Of a stretch of 64,000 bases of DNA, positions 49,551 through 60,647 are shown piece after piece. Position 1 is the first letter of the stretch; every line of letters starts with the position of its first letter. The notes under the pieces were generated by a model, which worked only from the letters and a program-made list of their open reading frames with translations, was not told the origin of the DNA and searched no databases. The position numbers and the translations under genes are program-made. Source of the stretch: Faecousia sp. (GTDB lineage Bacteria > Bacillota > Clostridia > Oscillospirales > Oscillospiraceae); assembly GCA_045119455.1 (NCBI GenBank), contig JBGVDR010000120.1, forward strand, positions 1,941 through 65,940. The letters are read 5' to 3'.

Positions 49551-50963
49551 GTGTCTAATCAACTGGTTAAGGCTGATGCAGCCCGTAAGAGAAATAAGTT
49601 AAATCCGAATTCTCTGCTCGGGTCATTGGCCAATGGCGGGCCTGTGGTGTGGGTTTCCTGCATCTTCATGGGCTTTGGCAACTTGGTTGCCGGTCAGTTC
49701 ATCAAGGGCCTGATGTTCCTCGCCATTGAACTTGGCATTATTTACTTTATGTGCATGCCTAGAGGTGGCTTCTTTGATATTAGCCAGCTTGGCGGTTTGG
49801 GCGATAAGGATAACATCGAGGTCTGGAACGAAGATATTATGGGCTACGAGTACATTCAGTTCACTGAATCTTGGAAGCTCCTGCTGTTCGGTATCCTGGC
49901 TATCCTTGTGATTGGTTTATTTATCTTCATGTGGCAGGTGTCCATTCGCAGTGGCCATTTGGCACTGATTGAGAGAAGAACCAAGAAACGCGTTAATAAT
50001 TTCTGGCAAGATATCAAGGATCTGTTCGACAAGAACCTGCATAAGTTGCTGATGTCCTTGCCGTTCGCTTGCTTGCTGATTTTTACTATTCTGCCTCTAA
50101 TCTACATGATTTCCATGGCATTTACCAATTATGGCAGAATTTCCGGTGGTGCCGATAATACCTATATGTTTGATTGGGTTGGCCTTGATGTGTTCAAGTC
50201 CTTCTTCCAATCCGGTTCTAAAATTGGCGAGCAGTTTTGGGATGTTCTTGCATGGACCCTGGTTTGGGCTTTCTTTGCAACCTTCCTGAACTTCTTCTTC
50301 GGCACCTTCGTGGCGATGATGATTAACCGTCCCACCACTAAGGCTAAGGGCCTGTGGCGTACGATTTTCTCCATCACCATTGCTGTGCCTCAGTTTGTTT
50401 CTTTGCTGATTGTTCAGGCAATGTTCGACAATAATGGCGTGATTAATAACATTCTTAAAGAGTGGAATTTTATCTCCAAGCCGATTCCTTTCTTGAACGA
50501 TCTTACTAACCCGAATACTACAAGAGCCTTTGTTATCATCGTTAACTTGTGGGTTGGTATTCCTTATACCATTATGCAGGTGACAGGTATCTTGAAGAAT
50601 ATCCCTGGTGATTTGTACGAAGCGGCCCGTATTGACGGTGCAAATGTGGTGCAGCAGTTCATGAACATTACTCTGCCTTACATGATTTTCGTTATGACTC
50701 CCTATATCATTACCTCCTTCACGGGTAATATCAACAACTTTAACGTTATTTTCCTGCTGTCTAATGGTGCACCTACTCAGCTTGGCAACACGGCCGGTGA
50801 CACGGATTTGCTTGTCACTTGGCTGTATAAGATGTCCATGAATAACAAACGATTTAATGTTGCGGCTGTTATTGGTATCTTTACATTTGTCATATTGGCT
50901 GTAGTTTCTCTGGTGACCTACCGCAGCACTGGTTCTTACAAAGATGAGGAGGGCTTCAAATAA
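49551..50963 (+). CDS. Sugar ABC permease (MalF-like)
   Basis: AFTNY, NLWVGIPY, EAA loop LYEAARIDGA, NINNFNVI. Confidence 0.9.
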   Translation: MSNQLVKADAARKRNKLNPNSLLGSLANGGPVVWVSCIFMGFGNLVAGQFIKGLMFLAIELGIIYFMCMPRGGFFDISQLGGLGDKDNIEVWNEDIMGYEYIQFTESWKLLLFGILAILVIGLFIFMWQVSIRSGHLALIERRTKKRVNNFWQDIKDLFDKNLHKLLMSLPFACLLIFTILPLIYMISMAFTNYGRISGGADNTYMFDWVGLDVFKSFFQSGSKIGEQFWDVLAWTLVWAFFATFLNFFFGTFVAMMINRPTTKAKGLWRTIFSITIAVPQFVSLLIVQAMFDNNGVINNILKEWNFISKPIPFLNDLTNPNTTRAFVIIVNLWVGIPYTIMQVTGILKNIPGDLYEAARIDGANVVQQFMNITLPYMIFVMTPYIITSFTGNINNFNVIFLLSNGAPTQLGNTAGDTDLLVTWLYKMSMNNKRFNVAAVIGIFTFVILAVVSLVTYRSTGSYKDEEGFK

Positions 50964-51847
50964 TGGAAAAGAAGAAAACCGGCTCCCTCAAGGCCCAAAG
51001 ATTTACTATGGACATCATTGTCCATACTATTCTTATTATTATGGCGATCATCTGGCTGATTCCCTTTGTGTATCTGCTCGGCCAGAGCTTCCGTGGTGGT
51101 GTTGATACAGGTAAGTATTATGGCAAGTTCCTGCCTGAGATTTTTAGCCTGGATCCCTACAAGAAGCTGTTTGATCCCCAATTCCGTCAAATTATTGATT
51201 TCCCTCAGATGTTCCTCAATACTCTGAAGATTTCCAGCATTGTTTGTGTAATCAGCACATTCTTTAATCTGGCTGTTTCCTTCAGTATGAGCCGTTTGAA
51301 GTGGACTTTACGTAAGCCCTACATGAACATGGCCATGATTATCGGTCTGTTCCCTGGCTTCATGTCCATGATTGCAGTTTATACGCTGCTGAACGCCATT
51401 GGTCTACTGGATGATGGCAAGGTTCACACCGCTCTGATTCTCATCTACTGCTCTGGTGCAGGTACCGGCTTCTATGTTATGAAGGGCTATATGGATACCA
51501 TTCCCAAGGCTCTGGACGAAGCTGCATTCCTGGACGGTGCAACCAAATTCCAGACCTTCATTAAGGTGACTCTGCCCCTGTGTAAGCCTATGATTGTTTA
51601 CCAACTGATTACCAGCTTTATGGGTCCCTGGTGCGACTTTATTATGTCCAAGCTGGTATGCGGTACTCAGACGAAGTATTACACTGTTGCAGTTGGTTTG
51701 CAGCAGATGGTCGGTATGGAGTATGTCGATAAGTACTTCACTGCTTTCTGTGCTGGTTCCGTACTGGTTGCAGTGCCGATTTCCATTCTGTTTATCATCA
51801 CTCAGAAGTTCTATCAGGAGGCTATGAGTGGTTCCGTTAAGGGTTAA
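50963..51847 (+). CDS. Sugar ABC permease (MalG-like)
   Basis: KGYMDTIPKALDEAAFLDGA, GSVKG C-terminus. Confidence 0.9.
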   Translation: MEKKKTGSLKAQRFTMDIIVHTILIIMAIIWLIPFVYLLGQSFRGGVDTGKYYGKFLPEIFSLDPYKKLFDPQFRQIIDFPQMFLNTLKISSIVCVISTFFNLAVSFSMSRLKWTLRKPYMNMAMIIGLFPGFMSMIAVYTLLNAIGLLDDGKVHTALILIYCSGAGTGFYVMKGYMDTIPKALDEAAFLDGATKFQTFIKVTLPLCKPMIVYQLITSFMGPWCDFIMSKLVCGTQTKYYTVAVGLQQMVGMEYVDKYFTAFCAGSVLVAVPISILFIITQKFYQEAMSGSVKG

Positions 51848-51851
51848 GCCT

Positions 51852-53594
51852 ATGAAAAACTCCCTGAAATCCCTATTTTGTTTGCTTTTAGTTGTTGTGA
51901 TGCTGGTGGGCTGTACGCCCACCAGTAATCATAATGAAGTCATTCCCACAACGAACCCGACTTCTTCCGATTCTGCGCCGTCCACAGAACCTTCTACCGA
52001 GGTCACCGAACCTTCTACTGAGCCTACTGCTCCCGAGTATCAGCGCCCCAGCCTGGAAGATCGGTTGGAGAGCTATGCCCAGTTGGGCAGCAGCCCAGAC
52101 GACAATTACCGTACCTGGTACGAAATTTTCGTCTACTCCTTCTGTGACTCCGACGGTGATGGTATTGGCGACCTGCAGGGTGTGATTTCCAAGCTGGACT
52201 ATCTGGCGGATATGGGCGTCACCGGTATTTGGTTGATGCCGATTCACCCCAGCACCAGCTACCACAAGTATAATGTGGATGATTACTATGCCATTGATCG
52301 CAGCTATGGCACTATGAATGACCTTGAGCAGCTGACTGCGGAGTGCGACCAGCGTGGCATTAAAGTCATTATGGACTTGGTTGTGAATCACAGTGGAAAC
52401 AAGAATCCCTGGTTTATTGAGGCTGTAAATTATCTGAAGAGCCTTGGTCTGGGCGAAGAGGGCTGGGCAGAGGAGTGTAAGTACTTTGAGTACTACAACT
52501 TTGTCTTATCCAGCACGAACCCCGGCACTGGTTACGCTAAGATTCCTGGTACCATGTATTCCTATGAGTGCGGTTTCAGCAGTGACATGCCGGACCTGAA
52601 CTGGGATTGCCAGGAAATGCGTGACGAAATTGAAGATATCATGCGTTTTTGGGTCGGCAAGGGCGTTGGCGGATTCCGTATTGACGCCGCCAAGCACTTC
52701 TACAACGGCAATACTAGCAAAAATAACGAGGTTCTGAAGTGGCTACAGGATACAGCAAATGAAATTGAGCCTGGTATGTATATGGTTGCTGAAGTTTTTG
52801 ACTCGTTTGGTGCCGTGTCTCAACATTATCAGAGTGGATTTACCAGTCTGTTTAATTTCCCCTTCGCAGATTATGCAGGCAAGCTGATTAAAGTTGTTAA
52901 TGGACGCGGAAACCCTGGCATGGTTACCACCTGGGCAACTGCGTTGGTGACGGCGCATAAGACCTACTCTAAGTACAATCCCAACTATATCGACGCCCCC
53001 TTCCTGTCCAACCACGACGTGGGTCGTATTTACAGCTTCGTCAGTGGCGACCCGTTGAGAGTGAAGTTGGCCGGCGCCATGAACCTGTTCATGAGTGGCA
53101 GCAGCTTTATCTACTACGGCGAGGAAATTGGTATGCCCGGCGAGGGCAACGATCCTTCCAAGCGTGCGCCCATGTACTGGAATTCGGATCGGGATGATGG
53201 CACGACCAAGCTGCCTCCCGGCTGTGTTCTGCCCGCCGACGGCTACCCCTTGGGCAGCCTGGAGGAGCAGATGACTGATGAATCTTCGGTCTATAATTAT
53301 TACCGTGAAGCCATTGCTATCCGCAATGCCCTGCCGGTGATTGCCCGTGGCGTGCCCAGTGTGGAGGAGTACCTGAACGTTGGCTGCGTCAGTGCGGTTA
53401 AGAAGACCTGGAATGATCAGCAGATTATCATTTTGATGAATGTGGATACGGTTGAGGCAAAGGTGGACCTGTCTGATTACACGGATTGGGAACTGGTTGC
53501 CGGCCTGTCCGCTGATGGTAACCCCATCTTCATGGATGGTACGGAGCTGAATCTGGCTGCCTTTGGCATTGCCATTCTGCGTCTGCCCGCCTAA
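51852..53594 (+). CDS. GH13 alpha-amylase-family lipoprotein
   Basis: Lipobox LVGC, DSDGDGIGDL, DLVVNH, GFRIDAAKH, AEV, FLSNHD. Confidence 0.9.
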   Translation: MKNSLKSLFCLLLVVVMLVGCTPTSNHNEVIPTTNPTSSDSAPSTEPSTEVTEPSTEPTAPEYQRPSLEDRLESYAQLGSSPDDNYRTWYEIFVYSFCDSDGDGIGDLQGVISKLDYLADMGVTGIWLMPIHPSTSYHKYNVDDYYAIDRSYGTMNDLEQLTAECDQRGIKVIMDLVVNHSGNKNPWFIEAVNYLKSLGLGEEGWAEECKYFEYYNFVLSSTNPGTGYAKIPGTMYSYECGFSSDMPDLNWDCQEMRDEIEDIMRFWVGKGVGGFRIDAAKHFYNGNTSKNNEVLKWLQDTANEIEPGMYMVAEVFDSFGAVSQHYQSGFTSLFNFPFADYAGKLIKVVNGRGNPGMVTTWATALVTAHKTYSKYNPNYIDAPFLSNHDVGRIYSFVSGDPLRVKLAGAMNLFMSGSSFIYYGEEIGMPGEGNDPSKRAPMYWNSDRDDGTTKLPPGCVLPADGYPLGSLEEQMTDESSVYNYYREAIAIRNALPVIARGVPSVEEYLNVGCVSAVKKTWNDQQIIILMNVDTVEAKVDLSDYTDWELVAGLSADGNPIFMDGTELNLAAFGIAILRLPA

Positions 53595-53663
53595 AATTGT
53601 CTCTAGCACCCTTCCTGCCTGAGACAGGCAGGAAGGGGTTTTACTTGTAAAGGAGAATTTGCA

Positions 53664-54449
53664 ATGGGAGAAAGACTCGTTCCCGTTCAGCCCAGTAGCA
53701 GCAGAGGAAACAGCGGACAGACTCTGCGACTGTTCGGCCTGTTTATGCTGGCGGCCGGTGTTGTAGGTCAGTCCATTCTGTATAACAAGATTATCGGCGG
53801 CGCAACCACGCTGGCTGATTTGGAGAAGGTGCTCGGAACGAATGCGGGCATTGGCATTGCCGCTCTGGTGTGCATGCTGGTTTATACCTGCGCCGTTCCA
53901 CTATTTGCGTTCCTGCTGGTTGAGGGTCTGAAGCATACTTCCCATTTCGGAAAGTATTTTCTGCGGGTATTCGGACTTGCGGTTGCTTGCGAAATCCCCT
54001 ACGATTTGGCAATGTCCGGCAAGGTGTTCCACTGGTACAGCCAGAACCCGGTGCTGGGTATTGTGCTGTGCATGGTGATGTACTATTTCTTCAACTATTA
54101 CCAGGGTAAGTCCTTCAAGTCCGTTGCGATTTCCACGCTGGTTGTGGTGATGGCGTTCCTTTGGGGCGGTTTGCTCCGCATCGAGGAGGGTCAACCGCTG
54201 GTGCTGATTTTCACCGGTCTTTGGTTCTGCAGAAAAAAGAAAATGTTGCAGACCATTGTGGGCTGCGTGATTACCTGCCTGTGTTCTTCCCTCCGCGCCG
54301 AGAATATCACCTATTTCTTTGCGCCTATGGTGTTCCTGTTTATCCATTTCTATAATGAGGAACCCGGCGAGGGCAATCGGATTTTTAATTACGTTGCATA
54401 TCCTGCGGTGTTGGTAGCCTGCTGGCTCATCGGCACGTTTGCATTTTGA
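53664..54449 (+). CDS. TraX-like membrane protein
   Basis: PLFAFLLVEG, YFLR, EIPYDL, QNP, YNEEPG, YVAYP. Confidence 0.7.
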   Translation: MGERLVPVQPSSSRGNSGQTLRLFGLFMLAAGVVGQSILYNKIIGGATTLADLEKVLGTNAGIGIAALVCMLVYTCAVPLFAFLLVEGLKHTSHFGKYFLRVFGLAVACEIPYDLAMSGKVFHWYSQNPVLGIVLCMVMYYFFNYYQGKSFKSVAISTLVVVMAFLWGGLLRIEEGQPLVLIFTGLWFCRKKKMLQTIVGCVITCLCSSLRAENITYFFAPMVFLFIHFYNEEPGEGNRIFNYVAYPAVLVACWLIGTFAF

Positions 54450-54612
54450 TACGGATGCCCGCCGACTTGGCGGGCATTTTCTTATTGCATCACGCCGATA
54501 AAGAATTCCTGGAAGTTTACATTTTTATCTATGATTTTTGGGCGAAGTGTGCTATAATGGATAAAATATATGTTTTCGACCATATACGAAAGCGTTTTGA
54601 GGAGGATCAATC

Positions 54613-57360
54613 ATGGGATTGATAACAAAAATCTTTGGCACGCGGTCTCAGCGTGAAATTAAAAAGCTCCAGCCTATTGTGGACAGAATTTTGTCCATGG
54701 AAGAGGAGTATGGCGCCCTGTCCGAGGAGGCGCTGAAGGCAAAAACCCAGGAATTTAAGGAGCGTTACCAAAACGGCGAGGATTTGGACGATTTGCTGCC
54801 TGAGGCTTTTGCGGCCATTCGGGAGGCGGCCTGGCGGGTGCTGGGCATGAAGCCCTATCCTGTTCAGCTGATGGGCGGCATTGTGCTCCATCAGGGTCGA
54901 ATTGCCGAAATGAAGACCGGCGAAGGCAAGACCCTTGTTGCCATTTTGCCCTGCTATCTGAATGCGCTGACCGGTGAGGGTGTTCACGTGGTCACCGTCA
55001 ACGATTATCTGGCCAAGCGTGACTCTGATTGGATGGGCAAGGTTTACCGTTACATGGGTCTGACCGTGGGCCTGATTATCCCCGGTATGACCCCCGCTCA
55101 GCGTCGGGAGAGCTATGCCGCTGACATTACCTACTGCACCAATAACGAGCTGGGCTTTGACTACCTGCGTGACAATATGGCTATTTATAAGCAGGAGCTG
55201 GTTCAGCGTGGTCATGCCTTTGCAATCGTGGACGAGGTGGACTCCATTCTGATTGACGAGGCCCGTACTCCTCTGATTATCTCCGGCAGGGGTGAGGAAT
55301 CCTCCAAGCTATATGAGATGGCGGATTATTTTGTTTCCACCCTGCGCCGGAAGGTTTTTGCGAAGACCGACGAAAAAGAGGTTCACGATAACTTCGACTG
55401 TGACTATTTCGTGGATGAAAAGTCCCGGACCGTATCGCTGACCGCCGAGGGTATTGCCAAGGCCGAGCGCTATTTCGGTGTGGAGAACTTGGCGGATGCG
55501 GAGAATACCACCCTGTCCCATCACCTGAACCAGGCTATGAAGGCCCGGGGTTTGATGAAGCGGGACATCGATTACGTGGTCAAAGACGGACAAATCATCA
55601 TCGTTGATGAATTCACCGGTCGTCTGATGTATGGCCGGCGGTACAACGAGGGCCTGCATCAGGCCATCGAGGCCAAGGAAGGTGTGACGGTCGCCGGCGA
55701 AAGCAAGACCCTGGCCACGATTACATTCCAGAATTTCTTCCGCCTGTACGGCAAGCTCTCCGGTATGACCGGCACCGCTCTGACCGAGGAAGAGGAATTC
55801 GGCACGATTTACAAGTTGGATGTGGTGGAGATTCCCACCAACAAGCCTGTTGCCCGGAAGGATCACCATGATGTGGTCTACAAGACCGAGGCTGCCAAGT
55901 TCCGCGCTATTATCCGCCAGGTCATGGAGTGCCATGCCAAGGGTCAGCCTGTGCTGGTCGGTACGGTTTCCATCGAAAAGAGTGAGGTGCTCAGCAAGCT
56001 GTTGAAGCAGACCAAGGTGCCCCACAATGTCCTGAACGCTAAGTATCACGACAAGGAAGCCCAAATTGTGGCACAGGCCGGTAAATTTGGTGCGGTGACC
56101 ATCGCCACCAACATGGCGGGTCGTGGTACCGATATTGTACTGGGTGGTAACGCAGATTTCCTGGCGAAAAACGAGCTGCGGAAGATGGATTATTCCGAGG
56201 AACTGCTGGCGGAGGCTGACTCCTTTGCGGAGACCTCCGATCCGGAGATTCTGGCTGTCCGTGCCAAGTATGAGGAGCTGTTGACCGGCTTCAAGGCGGA
56301 AATCGCCGACGAAGCAGAGAAGGTTCGCCAGGCGGGCGGTCTGATGATCATCGGCACCGAGCGGCACGAGTCCCGCCGAATCGACAACCAGCTGCGTGGT
56401 CGTTCCGGTCGTCAGGGCGACCCCGGTGAGAGCCGGTTCTATCTGAGCCTGCAAGATGATCTGATGCGGCTGTTTTCCTCTGACCGCATTATGAGCATGA
56501 TGGACATGCTGGGCATCGACGAGGATACTCCCATCGATGCAAAAATTCTCAGCAATGCTGTGGAAAATGCTCAGAAAAATGTAGAAAGCCGCCATTTCCG
56601 CACCAGAAAGACGGTTTTGGAGTACGACGATGTTATGAATATTCAGCGTGAGGTTATCTACGCACAGCGTCAGAAGGTGCTGGACGGGGAGAACCTGCGG
56701 GAGAATATGATGTCCATGCTCCGGGGCGTGGTGGAGAGCTCTGTGACCACTGCCATCGCACAGGCCGGACGGCTGGATGAGGAGGGCTTCCGGGAACTGG
56801 TGCGCCAGTTCGAGGGTGTTTACTTCCCCAAGGGCGCTTTCCCGGTGCCCGAGAATCTGGAAAAAATGGATGCGTCCGACTTGTCTGAGCAGTTGATTGC
56901 ACTGGCGGAGCAGACCTATGATGCCAAGGAGCAGCAGCTGACCCCCGATGTGATGCGGGAGGTGGAGCGTGTGATTATGCTCCGGGTTGTGGACGAATAT
57001 TGGATGGAAAACATCGATGCCATGGACGATTTGAAGCAGGGCATCGGTCTACGGGCCTATGGTCAGCATGACCCCGTCATCGCCTACAAGGAAGAGGGCT
57101 ACGAGATGTTCCAGGCCATGGTCAACGCAATCCGGGAGGAGACTGTGCGACGGATGTTCACCATTCAGCTGCGGCCGAAGCAGGAGGTTAAGCGGGAGCG
57201 GGTCGCTAAGGAGACCGGCACCGATGCCGCCAACAATTCTGAGGTGAAGAAGCAGCCTATCCGCAAGGACAAGAAGGTTGGTCCTAACGATCCGTGCCCC
57301 TGCGGCAGCGGCTTGAAGTATAAGAAGTGCTGCATGCAGAAGGACAAGAATCATTCGTAA
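54613..57360 (+). CDS. secA: Preprotein translocase SecA
   Basis: [41 protein letters not shown]-terminal CPCGSG...CC. Confidence 0.98.
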   Translation: MGLITKIFGTRSQREIKKLQPIVDRILSMEEEYGALSEEALKAKTQEFKERYQNGEDLDDLLPEAFAAIREAAWRVLGMKPYPVQLMGGIVLHQGRIAEMKTGEGKTLVAILPCYLNALTGEGVHVVTVNDYLAKRDSDWMGKVYRYMGLTVGLIIPGMTPAQRRESYAADITYCTNNELGFDYLRDNMAIYKQELVQRGHAFAIVDEVDSILIDEARTPLIISGRGEESSKLYEMADYFVSTLRRKVFAKTDEKEVHDNFDCDYFVDEKSRTVSLTAEGIAKAERYFGVENLADAENTTLSHHLNQAMKARGLMKRDIDYVVKDGQIIIVDEFTGRLMYGRRYNEGLHQAIEAKEGVTVAGESKTLATITFQNFFRLYGKLSGMTGTALTEEEEFGTIYKLDVVEIPTNKPVARKDHHDVVYKTEAAKFRAIIRQVMECHAKGQPVLVGTVSIEKSEVLSKLLKQTKVPHNVLNAKYHDKEAQIVAQAGKFGAVTIATNMAGRGTDIVLGGNADFLAKNELRKMDYSEELLAEADSFAETSDPEILAVRAKYEELLTGFKAEIADEAEKVRQAGGLMIIGTERHESRRIDNQLRGRSGRQGDPGESRFYLSLQDDLMRLFSSDRIMSMMDMLGIDEDTPIDAKILSNAVENAQKNVESRHFRTRKTVLEYDDVMNIQREVIYAQRQKVLDGENLRENMMSMLRGVVESSVTTAIAQAGRLDEEGFRELVRQFEGVYFPKGAFPVPENLEKMDASDLSEQLIALAEQTYDAKEQQLTPDVMREVERVIMLRVVDEYWMENIDAMDDLKQGIGLRAYGQHDPVIAYKEEGYEMFQAMVNAIREETVRRMFTIQLRPKQEVKRERVAKETGTDAANNSEVKKQPIRKDKKVGPNDPCPCGSGLKYKKCCMQKDKNHS

Positions 57361-57394
57361 TTACGAATGTAAAATTTGCAATTCTATCAACGCT

Positions 57395-58198
57395 ATGTCA
57401 ATTATCTCAAAAAAATGCGGTGCTTTGGAGTACCTGATTTCAGAGGATATCTCCTGCCCCCACTGCTTCACCACCCGTTTGGGTGGTGTCAGCCGGGGGC
57501 ATCTGGCGAGCCTGAACATCGGTATCCATCGGGGCGATGCTCCGGAAAATGTGCTGAAAAACTATGAAATCTTAGGAAAATCACTGGGATTTGATGTTAA
57601 AAACTTGGTTCTCAGCCATCAGACCCACACGGACATTGTCCGGGTCGTAACCGAGAAGGATGCCGGTGCCGGGCTGTGTGCTCCGGAGCTGGAGGAGTGC
57701 GACGCGCTGATTACCAACACTCCGAATCTGGCGCTGGTGGTGTTTACCGCCGACTGCACCCCTGTTTTGCTTCATGACCCGGTCACCGGGGCTGTGGGCG
57801 CAGTCCATGCCGGCTGGCGGGGCACGGCTGCCCAAATTGCCGGCAAGGCGGTGGCGGCCATGGCACGGGAATTCGGATCTCGCCCCCGGGATATTCGGGC
57901 GGCGATAGGTCCCAATATCGGTTTTTGCTGCTTCCAGACCCATGCCGATGTGCCCCAGGCCATGGTGGAATCCTTTGGCACTGAGGCCGAACAATGGATT
58001 CGCCCCAGTGACGAGAAATATTATGTAAACCTGAAAGCCCTCAACGCTCTGGCACTGCGCCGGGCTGGGGTGACCCAAATCCAGATTTCGGAGGACTGCA
58101 CCGTGTGCCAGAGTCACCGCTTCTGGTCCCATCGGGTTACTCAGGGGGAGCGGGGCTCCCAGGGAGCCATCATTGTGTGCAAGGAGGGGGAAAAATGA
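57395..58198 (+). CDS. pgeF: PgeF/YfiH family protein
   Basis: FTTRLGGVS, QTH, TADCTPV, HAGWRG, AIGPNI, WSHR. Confidence 0.9.
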   Translation: MSIISKKCGALEYLISEDISCPHCFTTRLGGVSRGHLASLNIGIHRGDAPENVLKNYEILGKSLGFDVKNLVLSHQTHTDIVRVVTEKDAGAGLCAPELEECDALITNTPNLALVVFTADCTPVLLHDPVTGAVGAVHAGWRGTAAQIAGKAVAAMAREFGSRPRDIRAAIGPNIGFCCFQTHADVPQAMVESFGTEAEQWIRPSDEKYYVNLKALNALALRRAGVTQIQISEDCTVCQSHRFWSHRVTQGERGSQGAIIVCKEGEK

Positions 58199-59730
58199 AG
58201 CGGGTTTTGTCCGGGCTGTTGTGCCTGGCGATGATGCTGGCGCTGGTTGGATGCTACCGGGAGCGCCCGGATTACACGCCCACCGGCGACGGTCTGGCTG
58301 GCGACGAACCTAGCCGCCCCACCGAATCTCCGGTGACCGAACAGGATATGACCCTGGCCTATTTTCCCGACCGCTCCATGAATCCGCTGAAATCCTCGGA
58401 TTACACCAACCGGATGATTTTCGGTTTGGTGTATCAGGGGTTGTTTGCGGTGGATGATCAGTACAATGCCGTGCCCGTGCTGTGCGAAAAATTCACAGTA
58501 TCCCGGGATATGAAGCGCTACACCTTCTATCCCGCCGGGGCCAGCTTTTCCGACGGCGCCAAGCTGACGGCGAAGGATGTGGCGGCCAGCTTGAAGGCGG
58601 CGATGAAGGATGGCTATTATGTCGGACGGTTTTCCCAGGTTCAGTCCGTTTCCGAGACTGAGGACGGCGGCGTGCTGGTGGAATTGAAGACCCCCTACGA
58701 GCATTTTGAGCTGTTGCTGGATGTGCCCATTGTGAAATCATCCCAAGTCAAGGAGGATTACCCCCTGGGTACCGGCGCTTATCTGTACGAAACCTACGAG
58801 GGCAAGCCCCGGCTGCGGCGGCGGTCCGGCTGGTGGTGCTCTGCCAAGCTGGCGATTACCGCTCAGGTCATTTCCCTGGTGGAGGGTGAAAATCCCGGTC
58901 AGCTGCGGGACGAATTCCAGTCCGGCAGCCTGAGCCTGGTCTGTGCCGACCCGGGCGCTGTGACCTATGCGGAGTTTAACAGCGATTATGAGCTGTGGGA
59001 CTGCGAAAATGGCGTATTTTTGTACCTGGGTTGCAATTTGAATAGTCCGGTGCTGTCGAATCAAAGCATTCGCGGAGCGCTGACCTATGCTATTGACCGG
59101 GTTTCCATTGTGGAGCAGAATTATCGGGGCTTTGCATATGCCACGGCGCTGCCGGTTTCCCCGCAGTCCCCCTGGTATGCCAAGAGCCTGGCCAATCGGG
59201 TGAGCCTAAACCCGGAGCGGTTGACCCAGGCGGTGGAGCTGGCGCAGCTGGAAAGCAACACCTTGACCCTGCTGGTGAACACCGATGACGGTGTGCGGTT
59301 GCGGGTGGCGCGGCAGATTGCTCAGTCGCTGAACCAGTGTGGCTTGAAGGTGACCACCGCGGAGAAGGACACCGCCAGCTATTTGGAGGCCCTGTCCTCC
59401 GGGGAGTTTGACCTGTATCTGGGGCAAACCAAGCTGTCGCCCAACATGGATTTGACGGCATTTTTCGCTCCCGATGGGGCGCTGAATTTCGGCTCCATCA
59501 GCTCTGCTTCCATGCATATGCTGTGCCTGGAGGCCCTGGCAAACAGCGGAAATTATTATACCTTGCAGCAAAAACTGCTGGAAAATGGTGCGATTGTGCC
59601 GATTTTGTTCCGCAGTTTCGCTATCTTTGCACAGCGTGGTGCCTTTGAGGAGCTATATCCCGCCCGGGATTATGTTTTCTTCTATTCCATCGGAACGGAG
59701 CTGGGCAAGATTCGGCAGGAAGTTGCATAA
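58195..59730 (+). CDS. Family-5 (peptide/nickel-type) ABC substrate-binding lipoprotein
   Basis: Lipobox LVGC, MNPL, FSDGAKLTAKDV, GTGAY, AIDR. Confidence 0.85.
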   Translation: MKRVLSGLLCLAMMLALVGCYRERPDYTPTGDGLAGDEPSRPTESPVTEQDMTLAYFPDRSMNPLKSSDYTNRMIFGLVYQGLFAVDDQYNAVPVLCEKFTVSRDMKRYTFYPAGASFSDGAKLTAKDVAASLKAAMKDGYYVGRFSQVQSVSETEDGGVLVELKTPYEHFELLLDVPIVKSSQVKEDYPLGTGAYLYETYEGKPRLRRRSGWWCSAKLAITAQVISLVEGENPGQLRDEFQSGSLSLVCADPGAVTYAEFNSDYELWDCENGVFLYLGCNLNSPVLSNQSIRGALTYAIDRVSIVEQNYRGFAYATALPVSPQSPWYAKSLANRVSLNPERLTQAVELAQLESNTLTLLVNTDDGVRLRVARQIAQSLNQCGLKVTTAEKDTASYLEALSSGEFDLYLGQTKLSPNMDLTAFFAPDGALNFGSISSASMHMLCLEALANSGNYYTLQQKLLENGAIVPILFRSFAIFAQRGAFEELYPARDYVFFYSIGTELGKIRQEVA

Positions 59731-59767
59731 AATGACCCCCTGAAAACCTTGGTTTTCAGGGGGGTTT

Positions 59768-60529
59768 TTAGGTTGTGGGAATCCAATCCGGGGTGGGGAT
59801 GGTGTCCAAGGTGCCGATTTTGTCCATGGTCACGAAGAGGGTGAAGGTGGCATCGGGCTTGGCGCCGGACTGGAACAGATCCAGATTCACCTGCAGACCG
59901 GTGAAGAAGCCGGAGTGGTCCACCCGGAAGGAGATTTTGCCTTCGATTTTGGAAAATCCGCCGGGAAGCAGGTTTTGGGGGAGCTTGCCGCCGTAAAGGA
60001 TTTCGCCTAGCTCTTCCTCGTCCAGATAGCCGCAGGAGTAGGTTAGGGAGCCGTCTGCCTCTGGGGTTACGGTCAGCCGCTGGTTGGAAAAGTCCCGTAG
60101 CAGGTTGGGGTTGGGCAGGAATGCCCGGGCGTCAGCAAAGATGGAATGACCGGCGTAGGGCGCATCAGCGGTTTCTTGCTGGATGCTGTCGCCGGATTGG
60201 ACAAACAGACGGTTGCCGTGGTAAAAGCTTTGCTTATTGGGTGCGGAAATCAGGCTGATATAGCCGGACTGACCCCGGATGACCTGCTGCTCGGTGGCGG
60301 TTGTGGCATCCTGGTAGCAGGTGCCGTAACACAGGACGAAGGAGCCGGTGGCGGCGGATTTGCCGATGGCTTGCGTCAGCTGGGCGGCAGGGCTGATTTC
60401 GGTTTGGATGGTGGGCAGGGTCTGCATCGGGCGGGGGGTGGGATTGGACAGGGTCTTTTTTGGGGTGCAGGCGCTCAGGCTCAGCACCGCGGCGGCGCAG
60501 ACCAGGCAGGAAAGTAGTTTTTTCGTCAT
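59768..60529 (-). CDS. Hypothetical lipoprotein
   Basis: GGAGG RBS, MTKKLL...LSAC lipobox. Confidence 0.75.
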   Translation of the reverse strand: MTKKLLSCLVCAAAVLSLSACTPKKTLSNPTPRPMQTLPTIQTEISPAAQLTQAIGKSAATGSFVLCYGTCYQDATTATEQQVIRGQSGYISLISAPNKQSFYHGNRLFVQSGDSIQQETADAPYAGHSIFADARAFLPNPNLLRDFSNQRLTVTPEADGSLTYSCGYLDEEELGEILYGGKLPQNLLPGGFSKIEGKISFRVDHSGFFTGLQVNLDLFQSGAKPDATFTLFVTMDKIGTLDTIPTPDWIPTT

Positions 60530-60647
60530 GGGTGCCTCCAAGGGGGGATTTTTGTCAGTATAGCATAGGTTTTGCGGATTGTCCAGAAGTGTATGGCGCA
60601 TCCGTCGGGTAAAGAAAAGACCGCCGGGTGGCGGTCTTTTTCATGGT

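Noticed and set aside
53664-54449. TraX-like gene as evidence of a conjugative element
   Set aside because: No relaxase, T4SS or integrase genes nearby; TraX-like membrane proteins are common on chromosomes.
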